NCBI GenBank assembly: GCA_963750165.1
Contig: CAVVPN010000011.1
Coordinates: forward strand, 1,344,001 to 1,408,000
Length of the DNA: 64,000 nucleotides
Direction of reading: 5' to 3'
Origin: an uncultured Gemmataceae bacterium
Lineage (GTDB): Bacteria > Planctomycetota > Planctomycetia > Gemmatales > Gemmataceae
Part shown: positions 30,774-40,951 of the stretch, piece after piece
How the letters are laid out: every line of letters begins with the position of its first letter
How positions within the stretch are numbered: the stretch's first letter is position 1
The notes under the pieces: generated by a model
Told to the model about the DNA's origin: nothing
Database searches by the model: none
Seen by the model: only the letters and a program-made list of their open reading frames with translations
Position numbers and translations under genes: made by a program

Positions 30774-32300
30774 ATGAAGCGCGTGCTTGCCTTTCCCGCC
30801 CTGCTGCTGATGCTGGTCATGCCGACCCTGGCCCAGCAGCCGCCGCCGTACAAGATCCGCACCTTGCCAACACCGCCGACGCGCGCCGTGCTTGACAAAC
30901 TCAGCCTGACGCTCGCCTGGCGCTTCCGGGTGCCGACCAACGGCGCCCGTGATGGTTTGGCCAGCATCCAGCTCGCCCCCGGCATCGGCGGCAGCCACGA
31001 CACCCTGTTTGTGCAGACGCACGCCGGTGCCATCGTCGCCCTTGATGCCGAGAACGGCCACCTGCTTTGGCGCACCACCGTCGGCCTGCCCTACCAGCCG
31101 TTGCAGCCGCTCGGCTTCAACTCCACTCAGGTCTTCGCCGTCCGCCGGGAAAAATTGTTCGTCCTGGACCGCGACACCGGCGATCAACTCGTCTACACGC
31201 TCCACCGCGCCAGCAAGGAACCGCTCTTCGGCTTCACCCTGGAGGAGGTGCCGTCCGCCGGCCTGATGGCGGCGGAGGACTTCCTGTACGTCTGCATGGA
31301 TGCCCGCGTCTCGGCCTACGAGATCCCGAACTTCCGCCGGCTCGCGGAGCTGCGGGCGCGGCAGGCGAAGTCCAACAACGAGACCATCCGCCCCTTCGTC
31401 CAGGACTCACCGCAGCCGCGCCGCGACTGGTCGAAGGTGCTGGTGCAGATGCGCGTGTACCTGCAGCCGCGGTTGACGGATGATTTCCTGGCCCTGGCCT
31501 GCACCGACGGCACCTTCCTGACGCTGCTGGCCGGCGCTGACGGCGGCCAGGAGGCGTTCCGCTACAAGACCCAGGGGGCCTTTCACGGCGCGCTGGGCCG
31601 GCACGAAAACATGCTGTATATCGGCTCGGAAGACTACCACCTGTACGCCTTCGACATCGCGCGCGCCCGGCTGACGTGGCGCTATCCCGGGGCCTCGCCG
31701 ATCCAGAGCGCGGCGCTGGTGACCGACCGCGACGTGTTCGTGGTGCCGGAGCGCGCGGGCCTGACGCGCGTGGAGCGCGCGACGGGCAAGGGGATCTGGT
31801 CGAACCCGGCAGCGCGGCGCTTCCTGTGTACCAACAACAAGTACGTCTACGCCAGCGACGCCCACGACCGGCTGCTGATCCTGGATTACGAGCGCGGCAC
31901 CGAACTGGCCCGCTGGGACGCCAGCGCCTGGACAGAGCCGCTGAGCAACGACCACACGGATCGGCTGTATCTGGCCAGCCACGACGGTCAGCTGGTGTGC
32001 CTGCACCACCGCGATCTGGTCAAGCCGCTGCTGGTCCGCACCCGCAAGGACCTCATCAAGAAGGAGCTGCCGGAGGAAAAGAAGGACAAGGGAAAAGCGA
32101 AGGACAAGGGCAAGGCGATGGAGAAAGAAAAGGGCAAGGAGATGGGCTGGCTGTCCCCCGGGCCTGATCGGACGCCGCCGGTGGCGCGGCCCGTGCTGGT
32201 CGGAGCCCGAGCGCCAGCGAGAGGCAAAGCAGGCCCCGCGCTGGCGCTCGGGCTCCGACCAGGAAATTCATGGCGCTTCGGGATTAGCGGGGAGCGCTAA
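30774..32300 (+). CDS. PQQ-like beta-propeller repeat protein (BamB-like fold)
   Basis: ALDAENGHLLW, LYIGSEDYHLYAFD, ERATGKGIW; signal peptide; 3' end contains a REP pair. Confidence 0.8.
   Translation: MKRVLAFPALLLMLVMPTLAQQPPPYKIRTLPTPPTRAVLDKLSLTLAWRFRVPTNGARDGLASIQLAPGIGGSHDTLFVQTHAGAIVALDAENGHLLWRTTVGLPYQPLQPLGFNSTQVFAVRREKLFVLDRDTGDQLVYTLHRASKEPLFGFTLEEVPSAGLMAAEDFLYVCMDARVSAYEIPNFRRLAELRARQAKSNNETIRPFVQDSPQPRRDWSKVLVQMRVYLQPRLTDDFLALACTDGTFLTLLAGADGGQEAFRYKTQGAFHGALGRHENMLYIGSEDYHLYAFDIARARLTWRYPGASPIQSAALVTDRDVFVVPERAGLTRVERATGKGIWSNPAARRFLCTNNKYVYASDAHDRLLILDYERGTELARWDASAWTEPLSNDHTDRLYLASHDGQLVCLHHRDLVKPLLVRTRKDLIKKELPEEKKDKGKAKDKGKAMEKEKGKEMGWLSPGPDRTPPVARPVLVGARAPARGKAGPALALGLRPGNSWRFGISGER
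32196..32262. repeat. 24-bp perfect inverted repeat (family shared with 56942-56989)
   Basis: CTGGTCGGAGCCCGAGCGCCAGCG / CGCTGGCGCTCGGGCTCCGACCAG. Confidence 0.88.
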
Positions 32301-32330
32301 GCCGCAAGCGGCAGAAAAGGGACACGAAGC

Positions 32331-33932
32331 GTGAAGCGCTGGCGTGGGGCCGCCCTGGTGCTGCTGGCGCTGCTGGTCGGTGCGCCGCTGCTGACGCCGC
32401 TGTTGGAATGGCTGCGCGGCGGCGGACGGACGCTGTTTCTGCTGGGCAACACGCTGTTACTGGTCGCGGGCACTCTGGCCGAGGCGCTGCCGCTGGGCAT
32501 CGCCGCGGCCGTGCTGCTTTATCGCACCGACCTGCCGGGCCGGCGCGCCCTGCGGCTGCTGGTGCTGGCGGCGCTGTTCGTGCCGCTGGCGGTGCTGACC
32601 ACGGCCTGGCAGGCAGCGCTGGGCGGCGGCGGTCTGCTGGGGACGCTGTGGCCGAATGCCACGGGTCGGCCGTGGGCTTCGGGGCTGGCACCCGCGGTGT
32701 GGATTCACGGCGTCGCGGCGCTGCCGTGGGTGGTGCTGATTGTCGGCCAGACGCTGTGCTGGGTCGAGCCCGAGCTGGAAGAGGACGCCTGGCAGGTGAT
32801 GCCCGGCTGGCGCGTGCTGTGGCGCGTGACGCTGCCGCGCTGCCGGGCCGGCCTGGCCGCGGCGGCGCTGTGGGTGGCGCTGCAGACCGCTGGCGACATC
32901 ACCGTCACGGATTTGATGCAGGTGCGCACCTTCGCGGAGGAGGTGTACCTGGAATTCTGGGCGGGCGGCGACGAGGCCCTGAGCCGCGGCGTCGGCCAGG
33001 CGGTGCCGGGCGTGGTGCTGACGGCGGCGCTGCTGCTGTGGGCGCTGCCGCGGCTGGAGCGGGCGCTGCCGCCGCTGCGGTCGCTGCGGGCGGAGCCGCG
33101 GTTGTTTCGCCTGGGCCGCTGGCGCTGGCCGGCGCTGGCGGCGCTGCTGGCGGCCCTGGCGCTGCTGGCGGGCGTGCCGGGGGCCAGCCTGGTCTGGAAA
33201 GCGGGGCTGTACGGGGCGCCGCCGCAGTGGTCGCTGGCTTACGCCGAGGATCAGGTGCTTCGCATCGCGGTTCGTGACGGCGTGCTGATCGTTCAGAGCG
33301 TCGGCTTCGCGGCGGTCAGTGGGGCGCTGGTGAGTCTGGCGGCGCTGCTGCTGTGCTGGCTGGCGCTGGACGGCGGCTGGTTCCGGCGGACGCTGCTGGT
33401 GGTGGTGGCGCTGGCGTGGGCGCTGCCCGGCCCGGTGGTCGGCGCCGGCCTGAAGGAAGCCATTCAGGTGCTGGCGACGGACACGCGGCTGCCGCCGCTG
33501 CGCGTGCTGCTCTACGATGGGCCATCGCCGCTGCCGGTGCTATGGGCGCACCTGTTACGGTTCTTGCCGTGCGCGGTCGCGGTGCTGTGGCCGGTGCTGC
33601 GGCTGCTGCCGCGCGACCTGCGCGACAGTGCCCGCCTGGACTGTCCGCGGCCGTGGGGGGAACTGCGCTACGTGGTGTGGCCGCTGGCGGCGCGGGCGTG
33701 CGCGGCGTGTGCGCTGGTGGTGATGGCGCTGTCGCTGGGCGAGATCGGTGCGGTGGCGATGCGCGTGGAGACGCCGGGCTGGGAGACGTTCGCGCACGTG
33801 CTGTGGGACCGCATGCACTACGGCCAACCGCAGGACGTGGCGGGGTTGTGCCTGGTGCTGCTGGCGGTGCTGGCGGCCGCGGCGGCGGGGGTGATCGCGG
33901 TGCCATTGCTCAAACGACTCCTCCCCCGGTAG
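32331..33932 (+). CDS. ABC transporter permease, FbpB/ThiP-type with two TM domains
   Basis: Hydrophobic; EAA-like loops EPELEEDA and PRDLRDSARLD. Confidence 0.8.
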   Translation: MKRWRGAALVLLALLVGAPLLTPLLEWLRGGGRTLFLLGNTLLLVAGTLAEALPLGIAAAVLLYRTDLPGRRALRLLVLAALFVPLAVLTTAWQAALGGGGLLGTLWPNATGRPWASGLAPAVWIHGVAALPWVVLIVGQTLCWVEPELEEDAWQVMPGWRVLWRVTLPRCRAGLAAAALWVALQTAGDITVTDLMQVRTFAEEVYLEFWAGGDEALSRGVGQAVPGVVLTAALLLWALPRLERALPPLRSLRAEPRLFRLGRWRWPALAALLAALALLAGVPGASLVWKAGLYGAPPQWSLAYAEDQVLRIAVRDGVLIVQSVGFAAVSGALVSLAALLLCWLALDGGWFRRTLLVVVALAWALPGPVVGAGLKEAIQVLATDTRLPPLRVLLYDGPSPLPVLWAHLLRFLPCAVAVLWPVLRLLPRDLRDSARLDCPRPWGELRYVVWPLAARACAACALVVMALSLGEIGAVAMRVETPGWETFAHVLWDRMHYGQPQDVAGLCLVLLAVLAAAAAGVIAVPLLKRLLPR

Positions 33933-33979
33933 ACTGCTCACAGTTACACCCCTTCCGACTCGTAAACGAGGCGACGCCA

Positions 33980-34708
33980 ATGCCCTTGCTCGATCACTTT
34001 CACCCGCCGCTGAGCGTCGAACGCCACTGGGAGTCGTTTCACGCCGCCTGGTGCGGTTCTCTGGCGGACGAATTGAATCGGTTGCTGCCGGACAATTACT
34101 TCGCTGAGGAACAACCCCACTCGGGCCCAAGCGTGGAGATTGCTGTCGCCACCTTCGAGCGGCAGACCGCTTCCCCCGCCTCACAGAACGGCGGCGCACC
34201 AACCACATTGACGGCCGCGATGTGGGCACCTCCCGCGCCTGCGTTTTCCGTGGCCGCCGTCTTCGCGGACGATTTCGAGGTCCGCGTGTTCAACACCCGC
34301 ACCGGGCCGCGCCTGGTGGCCGCCATCGAGATGGTGAGTCCCAGGAACAAGGACCGCCCCGAGAGCCGCCCCGCCTTCGTCCACAAGTGCGCCAGTTACC
34401 TGTATCAAGGCATCAGCTTGATTTTGGTGGATGTCGTCACGGATCGCCACGCCCAGTTCCACAACGACCTGCTCCGCGAGATCAACGCTGCGGCAGAACT
34501 GCTGCAACCACCGGAGGTGCGCTTGTACGCAGCCGCCTATCATCCCGTGCGCCGCGGTCAGCGCGAGGAAATTGACGTTTGGCCCGCCGCCCTGGCGCTG
34601 GGGGCGCCGCTGCCCGTGCTCCCCCTGGCTCTGAACGCGGACCTGGTTTTGCCGGTGGACCTGGAGGCCACCTACGCCCACGCCTGCCGCCGCCGCCGCA
34701 TTGCTTGA
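33980..34708 (+). CDS. DUF4058 family protein (nuclease-like fold)
   Basis: MPLLDHFHPP, WESFHAAW, LVAAIEMVSPRNKDR, LPVLPL..DLEATY. Confidence 0.85.
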   Translation: MPLLDHFHPPLSVERHWESFHAAWCGSLADELNRLLPDNYFAEEQPHSGPSVEIAVATFERQTASPASQNGGAPTTLTAAMWAPPAPAFSVAAVFADDFEVRVFNTRTGPRLVAAIEMVSPRNKDRPESRPAFVHKCASYLYQGISLILVDVVTDRHAQFHNDLLREINAAAELLQPPEVRLYAAAYHPVRRGQREEIDVWPAALALGAPLPVLPLALNADLVLPVDLEATYAHACRRRRIA

Positions 34709-34753
34709 ACGATGGACACTCGGCCTTCACCGTGGGCGGCCAGGAAGGAATCC

Positions 34754-35779
34754 ATGATCCCCGGCATCGACCCCAAGATTGACTACGCCTTCAAGCGCAT
34801 CTTCGGCCTGAAGCGCAACAGCGCCATCCTGATCCACCTGCTCAACGCCGTCCTGCAACCGCAGCACGACGCACTGGTGACGGAGGTCGAATTGCTCAAC
34901 CCGTTCAACGAGAAGGAGACCACGTCCGACAAGCTCTCCATCGTCGATCTGCGGGCCCGCGACCAGACCGGCCGGCAGTTCAACGTCGAGATGCAGATGC
35001 TCGCGCCCCCGACGTTCCCCGACCGCGCCCTGTACTACTGGAGCCGCGCGCACGCGACGCAGCTGCTGGAGAAGATGACCTACGAACACCTGCGCCCGAC
35101 CATCTCGATCTGTTTCGTCAACCACCAACTCTTTCGCGAAGTGCCGGAGTACCACCTGCGGTTTCGGGTGCGGGAAGAGCGGCACCCGACCGTCCTGCTC
35201 TCGGAACACCTGGAAATTCACCTGCTGGAATTGCCCAAATTCGCGTTGTCCGAAGAGGGCTTGCACACCCCCCTGGATCAGTGGTTATACTTCCTGCGGC
35301 ACGCCGAACAACTGGACAGCGACCGGCTGCCCGCAACCTTGCAGGTGCCGGAGATTCGCAGGGCCCTTGAGGAGTTGATCATGGTGACGCAAAGCGAACG
35401 GGACCGTGCCTACTACGAGGAACGCTTCAAGGCGGAGATGGACGCCCGCTCTCTGGCCGCCTACGTCGAAGGTGCAGAGCAAAGGGGGCTTGAAAAAGGG
35501 CTTGAAAAAGGGCTCGAAAAAGGGCTCGAAAAAGGGTTCGAAAAAGGGCTCGAAAAAGGGCTTGAAAAAGGGCTTGAAAAAGGGCTTGAAAAAGGGCTTG
35601 AAAAAGGGCTTGAAAAAGGGGAGTTGACCGGCCACATTCGGCTGTGCCAAAGAATGCTGCAGCAGCCCCAAACGCCCAGGGAACAATTGCTGGCCTTGCC
35701 GGTGGAGGAGCTGCGGCGCCTGATCGATCTCCTGGAGCAACAGCTGGCCGCGAGTTCGCGGCCGCCCGCGCAACCGTGA
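34754..35779 (+). CDS. Rpn family recombination-promoting nuclease / PD-(D/E)XK putative transposase
   Basis: DPKIDYAFKRIFG, DKLSIVDLRA, FNVEMQ, RALYYWS, LELPKF; GLEK repeat tail. Confidence 0.9.
   Translation: MIPGIDPKIDYAFKRIFGLKRNSAILIHLLNAVLQPQHDALVTEVELLNPFNEKETTSDKLSIVDLRARDQTGRQFNVEMQMLAPPTFPDRALYYWSRAHATQLLEKMTYEHLRPTISICFVNHQLFREVPEYHLRFRVREERHPTVLLSEHLEIHLLELPKFALSEEGLHTPLDQWLYFLRHAEQLDSDRLPATLQVPEIRRALEELIMVTQSERDRAYYEERFKAEMDARSLAAYVEGAEQRGLEKGLEKGLEKGLEKGFEKGLEKGLEKGLEKGLEKGLEKGLEKGELTGHIRLCQRMLQQPQTPREQLLALPVEELRRLIDLLEQQLAASSRPPAQP
35486..35617 (+). repeat. 11 x 12-nt tandem repeat encoding (GLEK)n
   Basis: GGGCTT/CGAAAAA units, one GGGTTC variant. Confidence 0.95.
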
Positions 35780-35814
35780 CGCCTGACTCGACCTTCTCAC
35801 GAGGGAGTTCGCTG

Positions 35815-36178
35815 ATGATCCTGTTGGAAGTCATGCGGCGTATTGTGCAAGAAGAGGATCGGTTCCGGGCAGTGAGGGACGCCTACAACGAGGGCATCTG
35901 GGCCGAACGAGCTGCACAAACAATCCGCGCAGCCGAGCAACAGATCCTTGAGGCGTAGCGAAAAATACGCGACCTGGAGCAACTCAAACAGGCGCGCAAG
36001 CGCCCTTGAAGAAGGTTACTGGTTCGGCCGCATTCAACTGTGTCAAAAACTGCTCCAGCAACCTCAGACTCCCCGAGAACAATTGCTTGCCTTGCCAATG
36101 GCTGATTTGCAGCGCCTGGCAGACCTCCTGGAACAACAGGTTGCCGCCACATTACGGCTGCCCACAGGAAAGGGTTGA
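35815..36178 (+). pseudogene. Stand-alone, disrupted paralog of the Rpn C-terminal module
   Basis: GRIQLCQKLLQQPQTPREQLLALP vs GHIRLCQRMLQQPQTPREQLLALP; TAG at 35956 and a frame change near 36000. Confidence 0.7.
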
Positions 36179-36303
36179 CGGCAAGAACCACCTGTCCATC
36201 CGCCGCCCCTGCCCAGCGCCGGCGCGATCTGCTATCCTGACCAGGAAGCGATCCCCGAAGCAATGTCCCGGCGGCCGGCCGGCGTTAACCCCGCAGGTGG
36301 TGC

Positions 36304-38388
36304 ATGGCGCTCGACCTCTATTCCTCCTGTCCGTGCGGCAGCGGCAAGAAATTCAAATGGTGCTGTCAGCCCATTCACGCCGAGCTCGAAAAAGCCTTTG
36401 AGCAGGACGCCAGCGGCCAGCACGAGGTCGCCCTGCAGACCATGGAAGAAGTGGTCAAGGCCCACCCCGACAACCCTGAAGCCTGGGGCCGCAAGGCCCA
36501 GCTCCTCTATCAAATGGAGCGCTTCGAGGAGGCCGAGGCCGCCCTGGAAAAAGCCTTCGAGGTCAGCCCGAATTACCCCTTCGGCTATTACCTGCGCGGC
36601 CGCTTCCGTCACCTGGAGGGCGAGTTGCCCGGGGCGCTGCTGCTGTTCCGCAAGGCCGTCGAACTGTACTCGCCCGAGGCCCACGACATTCTGGCGCAGG
36701 TCTTCGCGCTGATCGCCGAGTGTGAACTGAAGCTGAACCGGCCCGTGGCGGCGCGGGCGGCGCTGCAGCAGGCCATCCGCCACGCGCCGACCAGTCCCGA
36801 CTACCCCGCCGCCCTTCACGATGTCTTCGGTCCCGAGGGCCGCCTGCCGGAGTCCGCCCGCCGCGAATACACCTACCAGAGTACCGCCGCCCTGCAGCGC
36901 AAGGGCGAATGGGAACGCGCCCTGGCCACTGCCGCCACCGGCAAGCTCGGCGACGCCGCAAAGGCGTTCGAGCAGCTGACCGCCGCGGACGAGGGCGACG
37001 CCGCCGCCTGGTACAACCTCGGCCTGACGCCGCGCCTGGCTCGGCGACAACGGCCACGCCCTCGAAGCCCTGGACCGCTACGTGCAGCTGGACGCCGACG
37101 AGGATCGCGCCGCGACGGCGTGGGCGCTCGGCCAGGTGCTGCGGCTCGGCACCGGTATGGAGGACCAGTCCGATTACGTCGAGTACGTGGCCCGGCTGCC
37201 GATGCGTCAGCCGCAACAGGCCGTCAACGTCCTGGGCGAATTCGAGCGCGACCACCGCCTCATGGGGACGCAGATACGCCAGGAAGAGGGCGTTCTCACG
37301 TCGCTGTTTCTGGAGAAGGTGACCGGCCTGACGCTGGACGCGCCCGCGACGCAGATGCCGCGGCTGGGGGCGCACCTGCTGGTGATGCAGAACGTCTTCC
37401 ACCTGTGGTCCACCAGCCGTGAGGGGCTCGACCGGATCGTGGACGAACTGCGGCAGCGCGCCGGCCCGGCGCTGGGCGAGCCGCACCGCGGCCGGGTGCC
37501 CGCCAACTTCCTCGACGTGGTCTCCGACGCCCTGGCCTTCCCGCTCAACGCCACCAGCCAGGAAGACGCCAGGCAGCGCATGATCGAGCACATGGGCCGT
37601 TACTACGAGGAGACGTGGATTCATCAGCCGCTGCTCGCGCTCAACCGTGTGCCGCCGGTGGACGCCGCCGGTCACGGGCCGCTGCGCAAAAAGCTCCGTG
37701 GCGTCATCCAGTTCTTGCAGGAGTGCGCCAAACTGGCGGCCTACGACTACGACTTTGACCGGCTGCGGCGCAAGCTCGGAGTGCTGGCCGGCGTCCCCGC
37801 GGCCCAGGCCGCCCCAGGCGGCGCGGCGGACTTCGGCGCCATCAGCGCCGCGGAGCTGGCCGGCGTGGCGGTCGAGCCGCTCAGCGACGCCCAGTTGGAG
37901 GAGGCGTTCCAGGCGGCGCTGAAGCTGGACGCCCAGGATTTGGCGGGCAAGTTCGCGAAGGGGCTGGTCGGCCGGCCGGCGGCGGCGGAGCGGCCGGATC
38001 GCTACCGCTGGTTCGCACACCTGGTGCAGCAGGCGGCTAGCGCCGGCGACTACGCCGCGGCGCTGGACTTCCTCAACGAGGGGGAGAAGGATGACTGCGA
38101 GCACAACGAGGGCCGGCGGCGCAACGACTACGAACTGCGCCGCGCCCAGTTGCACGCCAAAAGCGGCGACCTCGACGCGGCCCAGGGCGCCTTCGAGAAG
38201 CTGATCGAGCGGGCGCCGGCGGAACTGCGCTACCGCAGCACGGCGGCGGAGACGATGCTGTCGGCCCGTCAGGGGCGCGGGCCAAACGCTTCGCGGAGGA
38301 CGGCCTGGCCCAGGCTCGACGGCAGAACAACCGCGATTCGGAGGAGCACTTCAAGGAACTGGTGGCGGCGGCGCAGCGGCACCTCTAA
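36304..38388 (+). CDS. SEC-C motif plus TPR protein; frameshifts near 37030 and 38275
   Basis: CPCGSGKKFKWCC; TPR helices; frames 36304, 37082 and a final AKRFAEDGLAQ...HL* segment join. Confidence 0.8.
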
Positions 38389-38404
38389 TTGCGGATTGCG
38401 GACG

Positions 38405-38470
38405 CGTTCGTAGTACCGGCTTTAGCCGGAACCGGATACCCAGATTCCCCCTGAAGGCGGGACTACGAAC
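38405..38470. repeat. GTAG-type REP inverted pair
   Basis: GTTCGTAGTACCGGCTTTAGCCGGAA ... TTCCCCCTGAAGGCGGGACTACGAAC. Confidence 0.7.
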
Positions 38471-38692
38471 CTGTTTTCAATCTGCAATCTGCAATTCAAA
38501 AAGGTTCCCGGCGGCTGGGGCAACGGCCGTGGACCCACGAGGCCCACCACCGTCGCGTTGGAAGGGGAGCAACGGAGGCCAGTCGCCGGGGAACCTGATG
38601 GCTCCCGGCAGGCCCCGTCGCCGCGTGCGCGTTCCCGGATCAATTGCTGGCAGAACGGCACTGGCGACGGGGTCTGCCGGGGCGGGGCGGCG

Positions 38693-39172
38693 TCACGGAG
38701 TCGCCCCAGTGACCGCAGCCACGGGCTCTGGTGGCGTCATGGCCCGGGTCGGCTCGCGCACGGTCAGCACCGGGCACGGCGCTTGCCGCAGCACCCACTC
38801 GGCCACGCTGCCCATGAGCAATCGCGGCAGGCCGCTGCGGCCGTGCGTGCCCATCACGATCAGGTCGGCCCGTTCTTCCTGGGCCATGCGCACGATCTCC
38901 ACGACCGGCTCGCCCTTGAGCAGGAACCGTTCGACGCAGACCAAGCCTGCGGGCTCCATGTCATTGAGCTTGTTCCACAGCGCGGTGGGCTCATCGGGCA
39001 GGTCAGGGATCACGACGCCCATCTCGCTGGCCACGACCGGCGGCGGCTGCATGACGTGGACCAACACCAGCCGGGCGTTATAGTCATGGGCCAGCGCTTC
39101 TGCCGTCCGCCGGGCGTGCTCCGCCTGGGGCGAGAAGTCCGTCGGATGCAGAATGGTGTGAAGAGGAAACAT
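38693..39172 (-). CDS. Universal stress protein
   Basis: ILHPTDFS, DLIVMGTHGRSG, MGSVAEWVLRQAPCPVL. Confidence 0.92.
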   Translation of the reverse strand: MFPLHTILHPTDFSPQAEHARRTAEALAHDYNARLVLVHVMQPPPVVASEMGVVIPDLPDEPTALWNKLNDMEPAGLVCVERFLLKGEPVVEIVRMAQEERADLIVMGTHGRSGLPRLLMGSVAEWVLRQAPCPVLTVREPTRAMTPPEPVAAVTGATP

Positions 39173-39476
39173 GGCGGCACCTCCGAACCTGAACCAGGCA
39201 CTAGCGGTTCTCCGGGAACGCACAAGGGGCCGTTCGCAGGTTCGACGAATCGGTCGAGCGGTGTTCCGCCAGGGAGTATGGCAAGCGCGGTGCCGTTGCG
39301 CTGCGGCGGCGGCGCTTTTTTCGCAACTGTCGAGGGAATAAGTGGTTGATGGCGGAGATGTGTTACAGACGGCCCCGGCGCGGCTGGGCCGGCTCCGCAC
39401 ACCGGGAACCGCGCAGTGTGCGGGCCTGGCCCTCTTCCGTGGGGCAGGCTGGAAAGTCTGCCCCACATGACCAGGC

Positions 39477-40820
39477 TCAGCGCACCACGCCGCCGTTGAC
39501 GCGCAGCACCTGGCCGGTGACGAACGCCGCCGCCGGCGACACCAACCAGCGCACCGCGGCGGCCACGTCCTCCGGTTCGCCCCAGCGCTCCAGCGGTGTC
39601 TCGCTGACGACACGGTTCTGCCAACCCTCGGAGGCGTTCTCACCCCAGGCGGTCTTGATCCAGCCGGGCGCCACGCAGTTGACGCGCACGTCCGGCGCCA
39701 GTTCCAGCGCCAGGCACTTCGAGAACGCCATCACCGCCCCCTTGGTCGCCGCGAACAGCTGCGGACTGTCGCCGGCCATGCCGCAGTCCGCCTTGTCCCA
39801 GCCCATGTTGATGATGACGCCCGAGCCGTGCTCGCGCATGCGCCGGCCGATGTCGCGCGACATCAGCAGCGTCGCCACCACGTCCACTTCCAGCAGTTCG
39901 CGCAGCTTGTGGGCGAACGGCCAGTCGGCGGCCTCGCCGGTCAGCACGTCGGCGCCGGCGTTGTTGACCCAGATGTCGATGGGGCCCCACTCGTCCCAGG
40001 AGTCGCGGACCAGGTGGCGGCACTCCTCCAGCTGCATCAGGTCGTGCAGTTTGACCTGGCAGTTGACACCCAGCGCCCCGACCTCCTTGGCGACCTGCTC
40101 CGCCGCCGCCGTGCGCCGGCCGTGAATGATGACGTCCGCCCCCGCCGCGGCCAGCTCCAGCGCGATCGCCCGACCGATGCCGCCCGTCGAGCCGGTCACC
40201 AGCGCCTTCAGCCCCGCCAGTTCCTTGCCCGTGACCACCGCTCGCGGCCGCGCTGCCGGCCGGCTCCGGGGTGCGGCGCCTGCCTCGTCCTCGTCGCCCT
40301 CCTCGTCCTCATCCTCGTCCTCGTCCTCGTCTTCGCTACCATCCTCCTCCTCGTCGGGGTCGTAGTCCTCCCACAGCTGGCCGATGGTGACGCCGAGGCC
40401 GGGGTGAACGGTGCTGGGCGCGATCTCGGCGAACGGCTCCAGCACGAAGCCGCGCGTGTGCATGCGCGGGTGCGGCACCGTCAGTGTCTCCGTCTCGATG
40501 ACCCTGTCGCCGTAAAGCAGGATGTCGAGGTCGATGGTGCGTGGGGCGTAGCGTTCGCGGCGGACGCGGCCGAGTTTCTGCTCGATCTCCAGCAGGACAG
40601 CGAGCAGTTCCTCGGGCGGCAGGTCGGTCTCGACCTCGGCGACGGCGTTGAGATACGGATCCTGGTTGGGCGGCCCGCCGACGGGCTCGGTTTCGTAGAA
40701 GGAGGACACCTGCGTCAGTTCGATGCGCGGGTGCTCCTGGATGGCCTCCAGGGCCTGATCGAGATTGGCCTGGCGGTCGCCCAGGTTGCTGCCCAGGGCG
40801 AGAAAGGCGGTGACACGCAT
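39477..40820 (-). CDS. folK: FolK (HPPK) fused via an acidic linker to a short-chain dehydrogenase/reductase
   Basis: LALGSNLGDR, YLNAV, PRTIDLDIL, PHPRM..RGFVL; then VTGSTGGIG, VNNAG, RVNCVAPG; one uninterrupted frame. Confidence 0.88.
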   Translation of the reverse strand: MRVTAFLALGSNLGDRQANLDQALEAIQEHPRIELTQVSSFYETEPVGGPPNQDPYLNAVAEVETDLPPEELLAVLLEIEQKLGRVRRERYAPRTIDLDILLYGDRVIETETLTVPHPRMHTRGFVLEPFAEIAPSTVHPGLGVTIGQLWEDYDPDEEEDGSEDEDEDEDEDEEGDEDEAGAAPRSRPAARPRAVVTGKELAGLKALVTGSTGGIGRAIALELAAAGADVIIHGRRTAAAEQVAKEVGALGVNCQVKLHDLMQLEECRHLVRDSWDEWGPIDIWVNNAGADVLTGEAADWPFAHKLRELLEVDVVATLLMSRDIGRRMREHGSGVIINMGWDKADCGMAGDSPQLFAATKGAVMAFSKCLALELAPDVRVNCVAPGWIKTAWGENASEGWQNRVVSETPLERWGEPEDVAAAVRWLVSPAAAFVTGQVLRVNGGVVR

Positions 40821-40832
40821 GGGTGGTTCCCG

Positions 40833-40951
40833 TCATTGGTCATTAGCCATTAGTCATTAGTCATTAGTCAGTCTGTCGTTCGTCAGGGGCCTGCTGGCAA
40901 GTTGAGCGCCGAGCCATCGCTCCTAATGACCAAGGACTAATGACTAATGAC
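40833..40951. repeat. Inverted heptamer arrays (GTCATTA)n / (TAATGAC)n
   Basis: About 5 GTCATTA-like units and about 4 complementary units. Confidence 0.85.

Noticed and set aside
35486..35617. CRISPR or non-coding satellite
   Set aside because: No spacers; the in-frame 12-nt unit encodes the GLEK tail typical of Rpn proteins.
35956..35958. TAG as pyrrolysine
   Set aside because: No pyl context; an adjacent frame change points to decay or error.
33980..36178. Intact transposon or IS around the Rpn gene
   Set aside because: No terminal inverted repeats or target duplication seen; Rpn proteins are not established transposases.
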